Assembly (NCBI GenBank): GCA_964356915.1
Contig: CAYHJF010000001.1
Coordinates: 4,664 to 68,663, forward strand
Direction: 5' to 3'
DNA: 64,000 nucleotides
Source: an uncultured Candidatus Saccharibacteria bacterium
Lineage (GTDB): Bacteria > Patescibacteriota > Minisyncoccia > Ryanbacterales > GWA2-47-10b
Shown here: positions 21,165-28,657 of the stretch, one piece after another
How positions within the stretch are numbered: the stretch's first letter is position 1
How the letters are laid out: each line of letters begins with the position of its first letter
Notes under the pieces: model-generated
Databases searched by the model: none
What the model was told of the DNA's origin: nothing
Seen by the model: the letters and a program-made list of their open reading frames with translations, nothing else
Position numbers and translations under genes: made by a program

Positions 21165-21530
21165 TTAACCGCCTAAATACGCGTCTGCCATTGCTTCTAC
21201 TAAAATCTGTAGATGCGGGATACTCCCGAACGGCTCAGCATGAGCATGAAGTCTGACATGAGATAAAGTCCATCCAGGATTAAGCTCTAAAAGATACCAT
21301 TCAAAAGGATTGATAGCTCCCGATATTGGATCGGGGCGCAAGATTCGTATCAAACAATCAACATCCTCGTGAGCCTCCTCTAGAGCAGCGAGCACTCCAT
21401 ATGCTCTACGAAATTTTACTCGAGTATCTTCTGAACCTTCGCCATGATGTTTTATACGACTTATGCCTCGTAGTACCAATACACCGAAAAATGCTCGAAA
21501 AAAAGTCCGCGTAAGCATTGACTCTGTCAT
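21165..21530 (-). CDS. hypothetical protein
   Basis: 121-aa ORF with no recognisable motif; possibly a remnant. Confidence 0.4.
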   Translation of the reverse strand: MTESMLTRTFFRAFFGVLVLRGISRIKHHGEGSEDTRVKFRRAYGVLAALEEAHEDVDCLIRILRPDPISGAINPFEWYLLELNPGWTLSHVRLHAHAEPFGSIPHLQILVEAMADAYLGG

Positions 21531-21809
21531 ACAAAAACCTCTCTGTCCTATAGCCTAGCACTGAAAAAAAATAAAAAAAGAACAGCCCTGAGGCCATTCT
21601 TTTTTTATACTGCGGGCTTGGGCGGACGATTTTAGAACCATAAAGTGGGCGGAATACTTCAGAATTCCCGAGTTAGCATTGCGAGAAATGAGGGAGTTAG
21701 TTGGAGAGAGATAATTTTCGAACCTCCAGATATTATAGGTATGTTTGCGGGGGTTGGTAGACATTAGAACTGTTTTGACAGAGCAAAGCCCTACACAACA
21801 GAGAAAGCT

Positions 21810-22451
21810 TCAGAAATTAGGTTGATTCGCAAAGTCAAAAATAGACGGCTCAGAAATAATACGAGTATTTGGTAATAACTGCTTCACTCGTTCCATTTCT
21901 TCAGAAGCAATATCGTTTCCATAAACGTTTAGGGTTTTTAGGTTTTTCAATTTTTTTATATCATTTGGGATTTCTTTCAGATGATTATTTGCATAAAAAT
22001 GCAAGTGACAGGTATTGTCTGCATTATTTACCAAAACTCGAAAAAAACTCGTATGCGTATAAACTTCTTTATCGCATGGTCGCATTGTCACACTTATGCG
22101 ATTATACTCGAGCGGAATATCACTATAGTATTTTTTATAAATGAATTGACCGATGATTGGAGTGACAAGACTATAAAGTATAACAAGTCCATTAAGAAGA
22201 ACACCGACGATGGCAAGGCCTTTTTTAACATCCTTCTGACGATAAGCAGTAATTCCTAAAAATACCCCAACGAAAGGAGCAACGCCCGCTAATAATCCAA
22301 GCGGGGTTGCTATTAAAATAAATTTCCCCAAGTTTAAATTCTCAAAAACCGCGATGGAAGAAACAAAAAACAAAGCGAAAACAAACGGTATAAGTCCCAG
22401 AATAAATGATACGAAAGCTAGCTTAGGATGTCTCTGAATCGTATTTTCCAT
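21810..22451 (-). CDS. membrane-anchored leucine-rich-repeat-like protein (AT-rich gene)
   Basis: 213 aa. Three N-terminal TM helices are followed by an LxxLxLxxN-type repeat (LKEIPNDIKKLKNLKTLNVYGNDI). Local GC is about 35%, clearly below the ~45% background. Confidence 0.55.
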   Translation of the reverse strand: MENTIQRHPKLAFVSFILGLIPFVFALFFVSSIAVFENLNLGKFILIATPLGLLAGVAPFVGVFLGITAYRQKDVKKGLAIVGVLLNGLVILYSLVTPIIGQFIYKKYYSDIPLEYNRISVTMRPCDKEVYTHTSFFRVLVNNADNTCHLHFYANNHLKEIPNDIKKLKNLKTLNVYGNDIASEEMERVKQLLPNTRIISEPSIFDFANQPNF

Positions 22452-22540
22452 ACTTTATAGTAACTTAAATTTGTAAGAATTCTAGCCATTATTTCTGCTA
22501 CAAAAAATCACCTTGATAAACAAGGTGATTCTGCTCATTG

Positions 22541-22615
22541 CGGGCGCGACCGGATTCGAACCGGCGATCTTCTCCGTGACAGGGAGACGTGTTAACCAGG
22601 CTACACCACGCGCCC
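22541..22615 (-). tRNA. tRNA-Asp (anticodon GUC)
   Basis: 75-nt cloverleaf: acceptor GGGCGCG/CGCGCCC, anticodon stem TCTCC/GGAGA, loop CTGTCAC, T-arm GCCGG-TTCGAAT-CCGGT. Confidence 0.9.
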
Positions 22616-22645
22616 ACTATTCTTACCTATCGAACCGAAACCATA

Positions 22646-22668
22646 CGCCGGCAGGAGGGATCGATTTC
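22646..22668 (-). repeat. direct repeat of the tRNA-Met 3' end (T-loop, T-stem and acceptor 3' strand)
   Basis: GCCGGCAGGAGGGATCGA(18 nt) is identical to 22762-22779 inside the tRNA-Met gene. No matching 5' acceptor strand is nearby. Confidence 0.7.
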
Positions 22669-22760
22669 CTTCTCAGAAATTCCGGGGTTTCGCTATGCTT
22701 CGCATATAGCTCAACCCTTCGCCCCCTCACACAAGCAAAGCAGTTTGCTTGTTCTGCCTG

Positions 22761-22832
22761 TGCCGGCAGGAGGGATCGAACCTCCGACCTAAGGCTTATG
22801 AGTCCTTCGCTCTACCACTGAGCTATGCCGGC
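22761..22832 (-). tRNA. tRNA with CAU anticodon (elongator Met or Ile2)
   Basis: 72 nt: acceptor GCCGGCA/TGCCGGC fully paired, D-arm GCTC-AGTGGTA-GAGC, anticodon loop CTCATAA, T-arm GGAGG-TTCGATC-CCTCC. Confidence 0.85.
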
Positions 22833-22917
22833 ATAAAAGTAATGTTCATATAGAATACACAAAAAATATAAGGCTTGCAATAAAAAACGCCTACTTTAAA
22901 AGAAGCGGCGTCCCGAC

Positions 22918-23310
22918 TCATGTTTTATCACGCTCTACTATCACACTCTGACAAAGCTCTATACACCCCGTACAAATCTGTGCGGAACTCTTCGTATACA
23001 GTAGCTTTGTTTCTGAAGCCGAGACAAGGCAGAAACCACACTGACCGCTTGCTGAAAACAGAGGATCGATAGTAGCTGACGGTAAACCACTTACACTCCC
23101 CACGCACTGACTACATATCACCGTGCTGTATGTATGAAAAAGTCTACGACCTTCTTCCCCCGAAGCATCACAAAATGAACACTTCCAACGAGGTACGAGC
23201 GACATATTTCCTCCGACGAAACCATAGCAAAGACAAGTCAATTGAGCAATATAAAATCGCATGCTACACTCCGCGCAGATTGAACCTTGAGTAGGAGGGT
23301 TCATGTACAT
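22918..23310 (-). CDS. hypothetical Cys-rich zinc-ribbon protein
   Basis: 130 aa with five CxxC pairs (CAEC, CSFC, CSQC, CGFC, CTGC). Confidence 0.5.
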   Translation of the reverse strand: MYMNPPTQGSICAECSMRFYIAQLTCLCYGFVGGNMSLVPRWKCSFCDASGEEGRRLFHTYSTVICSQCVGSVSGLPSATIDPLFSASGQCGFCLVSASETKLLYTKSSAQICTGCIELCQSVIVERDKT

Positions 23311-24271
23311 CGGCGGGATTCATTTTGGTCCAGTGTGGGGCGCGTCAGGCGTCCAAGGATTTTTTGGCGAAGGCTATAGTAACCATACACTCTGGCGTCC
23401 CTTTGGACTTAGTTTTGATGACATGACTTTTGTCGCAAAAACGACAACCCTACACGCCAACAAAGGTAACATGCCGCTCACTGAGCGCTACACACCTCAA
23501 GAATGGCACCCCAAATGCATCATCGTAAAACCCTTCGCTGGTGTCGTACTCAATGCCGTCGGCCTCTCAGGACCCGGTACCCGCGCACTGCTGGCAACAA
23601 ATCGCTGGCAAGCACGACGAGAACCATTTTTTCTTTCATTCTCAGCGATTGGTCAAACGCCTGAGGACCGCATTGCCGAAGCAATCACATTTGCTGAACT
23701 CATTACCGATGAGCGACAAAATTTCCGAGCGCCGTTTGGACTACAGGTAAATATATCCTGTCCCAATACGCCGCACTCAATACAACATGTAGCGGAAGAA
23801 ACGGAATCACTTCTCGCAGCTCTTAGCACTCGTCTCTTTGATGTACCGCTCGTGGTGAAGCTCTCCGCGATCACACCCATCGAGATCGCCCGAGACGTTG
23901 CCTCCTCTTCATTTTGCGCCGGGCTTTGCGTCTCAAATACAATCCCATTTGGCGCCTTGCCTACATATATACCATGGGAAAGACTCTTTGGCAGTCGGGC
24001 AATCTCCCCTCTCATGGCATACGTTGGACAACCGGGCGGCCTTTCAGGAGCGCCACTGCTCCCAATCGTTACCAACTGGGTCAAGCGTGCGCGTGATATT
24101 GGTATCACAAAACCAATTAACGCCGGAGGTGGCGTTCTCACCATTCGCGGCATCAGTCGTTTGCGCGATGCGGGCGCATCCTCATGTTCCATTGGTAGCA
24201 TTGCGATACTGCGCCCATGGCGCGTTGCGTCACTCATCCGATTTGCTCATGCAATTCAATGGTCAACGTAA
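23303..24271 (+). CDS. dihydroorotate dehydrogenase-family (PyrD-like) flavoprotein
   Basis: NAVGLSGPG, NISCPNT, VVKLS, GGLSG and GGGV blocks typical of class-1 DHOD / dihydropyrimidine dehydrogenase TIM barrels. Confidence 0.75.
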   Translation: MYIGGIHFGPVWGASGVQGFFGEGYSNHTLWRPFGLSFDDMTFVAKTTTLHANKGNMPLTERYTPQEWHPKCIIVKPFAGVVLNAVGLSGPGTRALLATNRWQARREPFFLSFSAIGQTPEDRIAEAITFAELITDERQNFRAPFGLQVNISCPNTPHSIQHVAEETESLLAALSTRLFDVPLVVKLSAITPIEIARDVASSSFCAGLCVSNTIPFGALPTYIPWERLFGSRAISPLMAYVGQPGGLSGAPLLPIVTNWVKRARDIGITKPINAGGGVLTIRGISRLRDAGASSCSIGSIAILRPWRVASLIRFAHAIQWST

Positions 24272-24286
24272 TATATTCTGTAACAC

Positions 24287-24312
24287 AAATCCCGCATTAA
24301 GCGGGATTTTTT
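24287..24312. terminator. bidirectional terminator between the pyrD-like gene and mscL
   Basis: AAATCCCGC-attaa-GCGGGATTT hairpin followed by TTTT. Confidence 0.6.
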
Positions 24313-24329
24313 GCCCCTAAAAATCCTGA

Positions 24330-24632
24330 TTATTCTTTGGGCTTATCAAGCTTCTCAAGCCCAAGCATTTTAAAACCAAAAAAGATTACAAACGCGACAA
24401 TCATGAAATCAAGAAGGACGCTCACGAAATGTCCAAGTTTAAACGCCACGGGTCCAATCGTAAGATTTGTCGTCGCAAGCGAATCAGTCGCGCCAAGTGC
24501 GATGCCCACGATCGGATTAACAATATCATCAATAAATGCAGTAACGAGCTTTGAAACCGCGCCTCCCAAAAGAAAACCAATCGCAAGTCCTACCACTCCC
24601 TGCTTGCGGATAAAATCAATAAACCCTTTCAT
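24330..24632 (-). CDS. mscL: large-conductance mechanosensitive channel
   Basis: MKGFIDFIRKQGVVGLAIGFLLGGAVSKLV is the MscL TM1 signature. Length about 100 aa. The ORF-track N-terminal extension to 24845 is spurious. Confidence 0.88.
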   Translation of the reverse strand: MKGFIDFIRKQGVVGLAIGFLLGGAVSKLVTAFIDDIVNPIVGIALGATDSLATTNLTIGPVAFKLGHFVSVLLDFMIVAFVIFFGFKMLGLEKLDKPKE

Positions 24633-24690
24633 CGAACTTTTCATACCCATTATCATAACAAAATTTTCATACAAAATAAAAACCGCCTCG

Positions 24691-24990
24691 TTATTTTCGA
24701 GGACGGTTGTGCTCCATGAGCTCATCGAGGGTATAGACGCCCTCACTCCATAACATTCCTTGGACAAACCCGAGCCACCGAAAAGCCTTTTCCATTCTAC
24801 CATCCTCAAGAAAGCCCTCAATTTGATCGAGCATCCAATGACCATGCGCGTATTTCAACTTTGGCGAAGCAGGTTTTTCATCTCCAACCATACGCCACTG
24901 AGGAATTTCGTTACCCGCCCATCGCCTACGATAGATCGACAGAACACGTCGCATATCCTCTACGGTCATACGCACACCTCCCAAAGGCAC
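24691..24990 (-). CDS. hypothetical protein
   Basis: 99-aa ORF filling the gap between mscL and the GIY-YIG gene. No motif recognised. Confidence 0.45.
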   Translation of the reverse strand: MPLGGVRMTVEDMRRVLSIYRRRWAGNEIPQWRMVGDEKPASPKLKYAHGHWMLDQIEGFLEDGRMEKAFRWLGFVQGMLWSEGVYTLDELMEHNRPRK

Positions 24991-24999
24991 GGTACTACG

Positions 25000-25245
25000 T
25001 TATTTTCCTTTGATCAATATAAGTTTTTCTGTGCGCGTCATTCGTTTAATCTGAGCCTCTCGTTTTTGCGCTACCGACCGTGTACTACGAATTTCCTGGT
25101 ACACGATCTTTTTTGGCTCATGACTTCTTGTATACCGCGCACCCCTACCATCTCTATGCTCTATAAAGCGTCTCTGAACATCGGTTGCAACCCCCGTGTA
25201 CAAACTTCCATCCTTGCATTCAAGAATATATACACTCCATTTCAT
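25000..25245 (-). CDS. GIY-YIG nuclease-superfamily protein (YhbQ/UPF0213-like)
   Basis: WSVYILECKDGSLYTGVATDVQRRFIEHRDGRGARYT carries the GIY...YTG and catalytic Arg/Glu pattern. The likely start is at 25245. Confidence 0.85.
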   Translation of the reverse strand: MKWSVYILECKDGSLYTGVATDVQRRFIEHRDGRGARYTRSHEPKKIVYQEIRSTRSVAQKREAQIKRMTRTEKLILIKGK

Positions 25246-25300
25246 AATATATTCAGTATAGCCATAATAAAAACTGCCCGCATATACGGGCAAGGTTATT

Positions 25301-25498
25301 TCAAGTTTTTTGTAAGCGCTGCGTATGAATCTCCAAGCGTCCATCTGAAGTATCTACGAAAAAACATCCATCCTTCGTGGAAGGTCCGACAATAGTTCCA
25401 AAGAAATCATCGACAGAAGCTATATGTTTACTACCAGTATTAATTTTGACTCGATCGCCAGGCTTATAATCGCATGGCATGACCGACTCTCCAGACAT
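25301..25498 (-). CDS. small hypothetical protein (65 aa)
   Basis: ATG at 25498 is preceded by a GGAGG Shine-Dalgarno at 7-nt spacing. It is the C-terminal part of a longer, otherwise implausible 195-aa ORF in the track. Confidence 0.55.
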   Translation of the reverse strand: MSGESVMPCDYKPGDRVKINTGSKHIASVDDFFGTIVGPSTKDGCFFVDTSDGRLEIHTQRLQKT

Positions 25499-25585
25499 AA
25501 GTAACCTCCTCAAAAAACCTATCACTAAGCATACTAACTGTAAAGATTTGCTAAAAACATTCTGACTTGTTTTAATGTCTATAGA

Positions 25586-25765
25586 ATGCCTAGTCGTAAA
25601 AGTAATCAAACTCCAGAAGAACGCGCTGCCATCAAAGCAGTCCAAAATGCAGACTGGACTGGAGTAATGCAACGCTGGCGCGAAATGGTCGCCGAAGACA
25701 TTGAAAAACTTCGTACGGCACGACGCATATCTATGCGACATGCCCATGAACATTGGGTTGATTAA
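25586..25765 (+). CDS. possible small protein (59 aa)
   Basis: MPSRKSNQTPEERAAIKAVQNADWTGVMQRWREMVAEDIEKLRTARRISMRHAHEHWVD. Below the ORF-track length cutoff. No clear Shine-Dalgarno; a weak ACCGGT palindrome plus T-run lies downstream. Confidence 0.3.
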   Translation: MPSRKSNQTPEERAAIKAVQNADWTGVMQRWREMVAEDIEKLRTARRISMRHAHEHWVD

Positions 25766-25879
25766 TATATAAAACTGCTTATATCGACCGGTTTTTTTAT
25801 TTTTATACAAAACATTTACAGAGTAAAAACACATGGTACTCTTAAAAAAGAACTCCCCCCCCGAAAGGAACTCGCAACC

Positions 25880-26101
25880 ATGCCCCAAGACTCTATGTTT
25901 CGCCTAGGCGATGACGGGCATTTATATCTTGACGGATATTGTGAACGAAGAATTCTTGCGGGCGATATTCCTGAATACAGGAAACCTGGCTTCATACCGC
26001 CCGGTATGGGTGGACTCCCTGAAGTACGCATAACCTCCATGGTGATGGAGAGCTCAATAGTCACTGCACTGCGTAGAGCAGCAGAAAAGAACAAACCATA
26101 G
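25880..26101 (+). CDS. small hypothetical protein (73 aa)
   Basis: A strong terminator overlaps its stop (CCATAGCA-acga-TGCTATGG + TTTTTT at 26096-26122). Confidence 0.5.
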   Translation: MPQDSMFRLGDDGHLYLDGYCERRILAGDIPEYRKPGFIPPGMGGLPEVRITSMVMESSIVTALRRAAEKNKP

Positions 26102-26162
26102 CAACGATGCTATGGTTTTTTATTATAAAAAATAAAAAAGTGAGCTATCTGCTCACTTGTAA

Positions 26163-26612
26163 TCAAGATATTTTCACTACTCTCAATTCTATCGTCATAC
26201 CAGCGACTATCCCATGAACAACCCTTCCATCCCTCAAATATCTCAACGCTTCGTCTCTCATTCTCACTGTGATTGGTTCAGTAACATTACGAGAAAGGTC
26301 ATCAATTTTTGGAGGCTCTTCCATGAAAAAAGAACCCGACCTAAATGGAAGTGAATGCGAGCGAACAAGCTCATAGAATATATCTTTCACTTGACCCAAT
26401 ACCTGATCTCCAAACTTAAATCCCAAAATAATTTCCGTATGGATACAGGCGATCTGTTTCATACCAAGAAGTACAATATACCCTCTGTCTCTGAGTTGCT
26501 GAACGATCTCTGGCCAAACGCGTAAAGCAGTTTCACTCAACTCAACATGCGCCTCTCGGTGTGACTCTTGATGCGGTAAGTCAAGATAAAAACTCTGATA
26601 AGCTCGCGACAT
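26163..26612 (-). CDS. hypothetical protein
   Basis: 149 aa. Its own terminator lies at 26123-26158 (AAGTGAGC-tatct-GCTCACTT with T-run on the minus strand). Confidence 0.6.
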   Translation of the reverse strand: MSRAYQSFYLDLPHQESHREAHVELSETALRVWPEIVQQLRDRGYIVLLGMKQIACIHTEIILGFKFGDQVLGQVKDIFYELVRSHSLPFRSGSFFMEEPPKIDDLSRNVTEPITVRMRDEALRYLRDGRVVHGIVAGMTIELRVVKIS

Positions 26613-26698
26613 TGAGAGTCCTTTCTACACAATCTATACTGCATTTTATACTGATGGTCAATATTTTCTTCGCCCATAAAATAAAAAGTGGTGTTATA

Positions 26699-26938
26699 TT
26701 ACACCACTCGAGATAACTGAGTCTTACGAAAAGAGCAACTCGCCTTCAATTTTGCCGATCCAACTAAAAGACCGATGCGCTCACTAAATATCACGCTCGC
26801 ATCACATACACCCTGTACACAGTGATTGCTCCATACACCATCTGCAAGTTCCCACTCGCCCAACGCGTGACCGCCCTCTGTAGCCTGTGTCTGTGCGTTC
26901 GATTTTAACGTTCTGATATCTACTACTCGCTTCGTCAC
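26699..26938 (-). CDS. hypothetical small protein
   Basis: 79 aa. A terminator hairpin AGTGGTGT-tatat-ACACCACT with T-run overlaps the stop codon. Confidence 0.45.
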   Translation of the reverse strand: MTKRVVDIRTLKSNAQTQATEGGHALGEWELADGVWSNHCVQGVCDASVIFSERIGLLVGSAKLKASCSFRKTQLSRVV

Positions 26939-27109
26939 ACCACCCCCTACTTTCTACCGAACAAACTAGCATGCACAACGAAACTCGTACAGCCCTCACA
27001 AAAACTCACCGTTTTATTTTATACAATTTAAAAGCTCTCTATACTGTTCCTATCTTGTCATTTTCTAAACTATATGGTATTACCATTTTAGACCAAAGAA
27101 GGGACCGCC

Positions 27110-27508
27110 ATGCTGCCAACTCTTACCTTGACTCCAAGCTACGATCACCTAGACCCACCTATTCGCGATCTCGTTTGTGCTATCAATGGGCTTGGCATCA
27201 AAACTTACTGGTCATGTGGAGGCCATATCAGTCCCAGTGCAATTCAATCTACTGTGCCCAAGATTATTCTCGATCATGCTTCCGCTGACCACAAGAGCTT
27301 TGGGACTCTAATCGTAGCCGTAGGGATACTGAATGAAGACCACCTCCGTGAACTTGCATGGTCATTTATTCCAAATAATCATGCGGGAAATGGCTCACCC
27401 TTCTTGTCACTTGCACCGCGTCTATTCCCATATGACGAACCCTCTGAGATTCTCTCTCGGAGACAACAAGAGGCAAAGCTTCTTACCCAAATCATTCGCG
27501 ACTTATAA
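27110..27508 (+). CDS. hypothetical protein
   Basis: 132 aa. AAGGGA ribosome-binding site; candidate promoter TTGTCA-17-TATTAC upstream; terminator at 27516-27549. Confidence 0.6.
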   Translation: MLPTLTLTPSYDHLDPPIRDLVCAINGLGIKTYWSCGGHISPSAIQSTVPKIILDHASADHKSFGTLIVAVGILNEDHLRELAWSFIPNNHAGNGSPFLSLAPRLFPYDEPSEILSRRQQEAKLLTQIIRDL

Positions 27509-27633
27509 CTCATCTGAAAACCGTGTAACTTATCATACGGTTTTTTATTGCTTCATAAAAGACTTATTGATCACTAAGCGCGCTCTTTTCAACTCCTTGA
27601 TTCGCTAAAAGAATACAAGGATAATGATAATCA

Positions 27634-28629
27634 ATGTCGCGTATACTCTTAAAATTTCTCTTAATCGTCCTCTTCGGAGGACTGATGTTTGGACTCGGCT
27701 GGCAGCTACGTATCACTTACGGCTCCGAATTAAAAACTGCCCGTGGTAGAATTATCCGCCAAGGCATCACGCCAAGCGGTCTTGTAAATCCGCTTCTTGG
27801 TTGTGAGATTGGAGACCAAGACGATTTTCAAGAACTAAAACTCATTAAAGAAAATCTTGAGAAAAAAATACACGACCTTGAAGCTACGAACTCCGTATCT
27901 AACGCCTCTCTATACCTACGCACCCTCAATAATGGGCGATGGCTTGGAGTTAACGAAGACGCTCTTTACGCCCCTGCTAGCATGTTAAAAGTAATTATTA
28001 TGATTAGTTATTTTAAACAAGCAGAAAACAATCCCGCCTTACTCACAAAACAAGTTATCTATACATCCATAGACAATGACCCAGAAATCAATGTCGGAGA
28101 AAAAGAACGGCTCACAACCGGTAATAAATACTCAATCGATAAACTCATCGAGCACATGATCGCGTACTCAGATAATGCCGCGCTCAATGCTCTTTTAGAT
28201 TCGAGCGATCCCGCAAAACTTGAAGAGACATTTACAACGCTAAACTTGGCACTTCCAAAAAATACTGACGTACTGGATGATATCTCTGCAAAACAATACT
28301 CTGCAGTATTTAGAACGCTTTATAGCGCCTCGTATTTAAATACGGATATGTCTGAAAAAGCGCTCCGTCTTCTCAGTAAAACAACGTTTCAAATTGGTAT
28401 ACCCGCCCAACTTCCCACCGATATTTCTGTGGCTCATAAATTTGGCATCCGAAAAGTAAATCAAAGCACCGAGTTACATGACTGCGGTATTATATATTAT
28501 CCAGAACATCCCTATTTTTTGTGCATAATGACAAAAGGCGCCAATATTCAAAAACAAGCTCTGGCTATCCAAGAGCTCTCAAAACTTACATACACCGAAC
28601 TTGATACCTTCTTTAAAAACGAAAAATAA
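27634..28629 (+). CDS. class A beta-lactamase-like serine hydrolase
   Basis: N-terminal TM anchor, then SxxK (ASMLK), SDN (YSDNAALN) and a K(T/S)G-like (HKFG) motif in class-A order. Confidence 0.72.
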   Translation: MSRILLKFLLIVLFGGLMFGLGWQLRITYGSELKTARGRIIRQGITPSGLVNPLLGCEIGDQDDFQELKLIKENLEKKIHDLEATNSVSNASLYLRTLNNGRWLGVNEDALYAPASMLKVIIMISYFKQAENNPALLTKQVIYTSIDNDPEINVGEKERLTTGNKYSIDKLIEHMIAYSDNAALNALLDSSDPAKLEETFTTLNLALPKNTDVLDDISAKQYSAVFRTLYSASYLNTDMSEKALRLLSKTTFQIGIPAQLPTDISVAHKFGIRKVNQSTELHDCGIIYYPEHPYFLCIMTKGANIQKQALAIQELSKLTYTELDTFFKNEK

Positions 28630-28630
28630 A

Positions 28631-28652
28631 AAAGCACAGAGTCTGTGCTTTG
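28631..28652. terminator. bidirectional terminator hairpin between convergent genes
   Basis: AGCACAG-agt-CTGTGCT. Confidence 0.5.
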
Positions 28653-28657
28653 ATTGA

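Noticed and set aside
21690-21730. Possible tRNA (TTCGAACCTCC T-loop-like motif) in the 21531-21809 intergenic region
   Set aside because: No acceptor-stem partner and no D or anticodon arms can be drawn. It is treated as tRNA-derived debris or coincidence, and only the 13-nt fMet-end match is reported.
22513-22821. Plus-strand ORFs of 102 and 67 aa in the six-frame track
   Set aside because: They run antisense across tRNA-Asp, the tRNA-Met 3'-end repeat and tRNA-Met, and they have no ribosome-binding site. They are artefacts of structured RNA genes.
24633-24845. N-terminal 70-aa extension of the mscL ORF, and similar upstream extensions on folA, gyrB, pheS, GIY-YIG, ligA, recG, pilM and the 37099 pseudopilin
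   Set aside because: The conserved family N-termini begin at internal Met codons (for example MKGFIDFIRK for MscL and MSTRDEL for DHFR). The upstream parts lack similarity and overlap neighbouring genes or terminators. The ORF track reports only the longest frame.
25499-25888. Upper part of the 195-aa minus-strand ORF 25301-25888
   Set aside because: Its composition is low-complexity (F/S/C-rich) and it overlaps a more plausible plus-strand ORF. Only the C-terminal 65 aa, behind a perfect GGAGG-ATG, look genuine.
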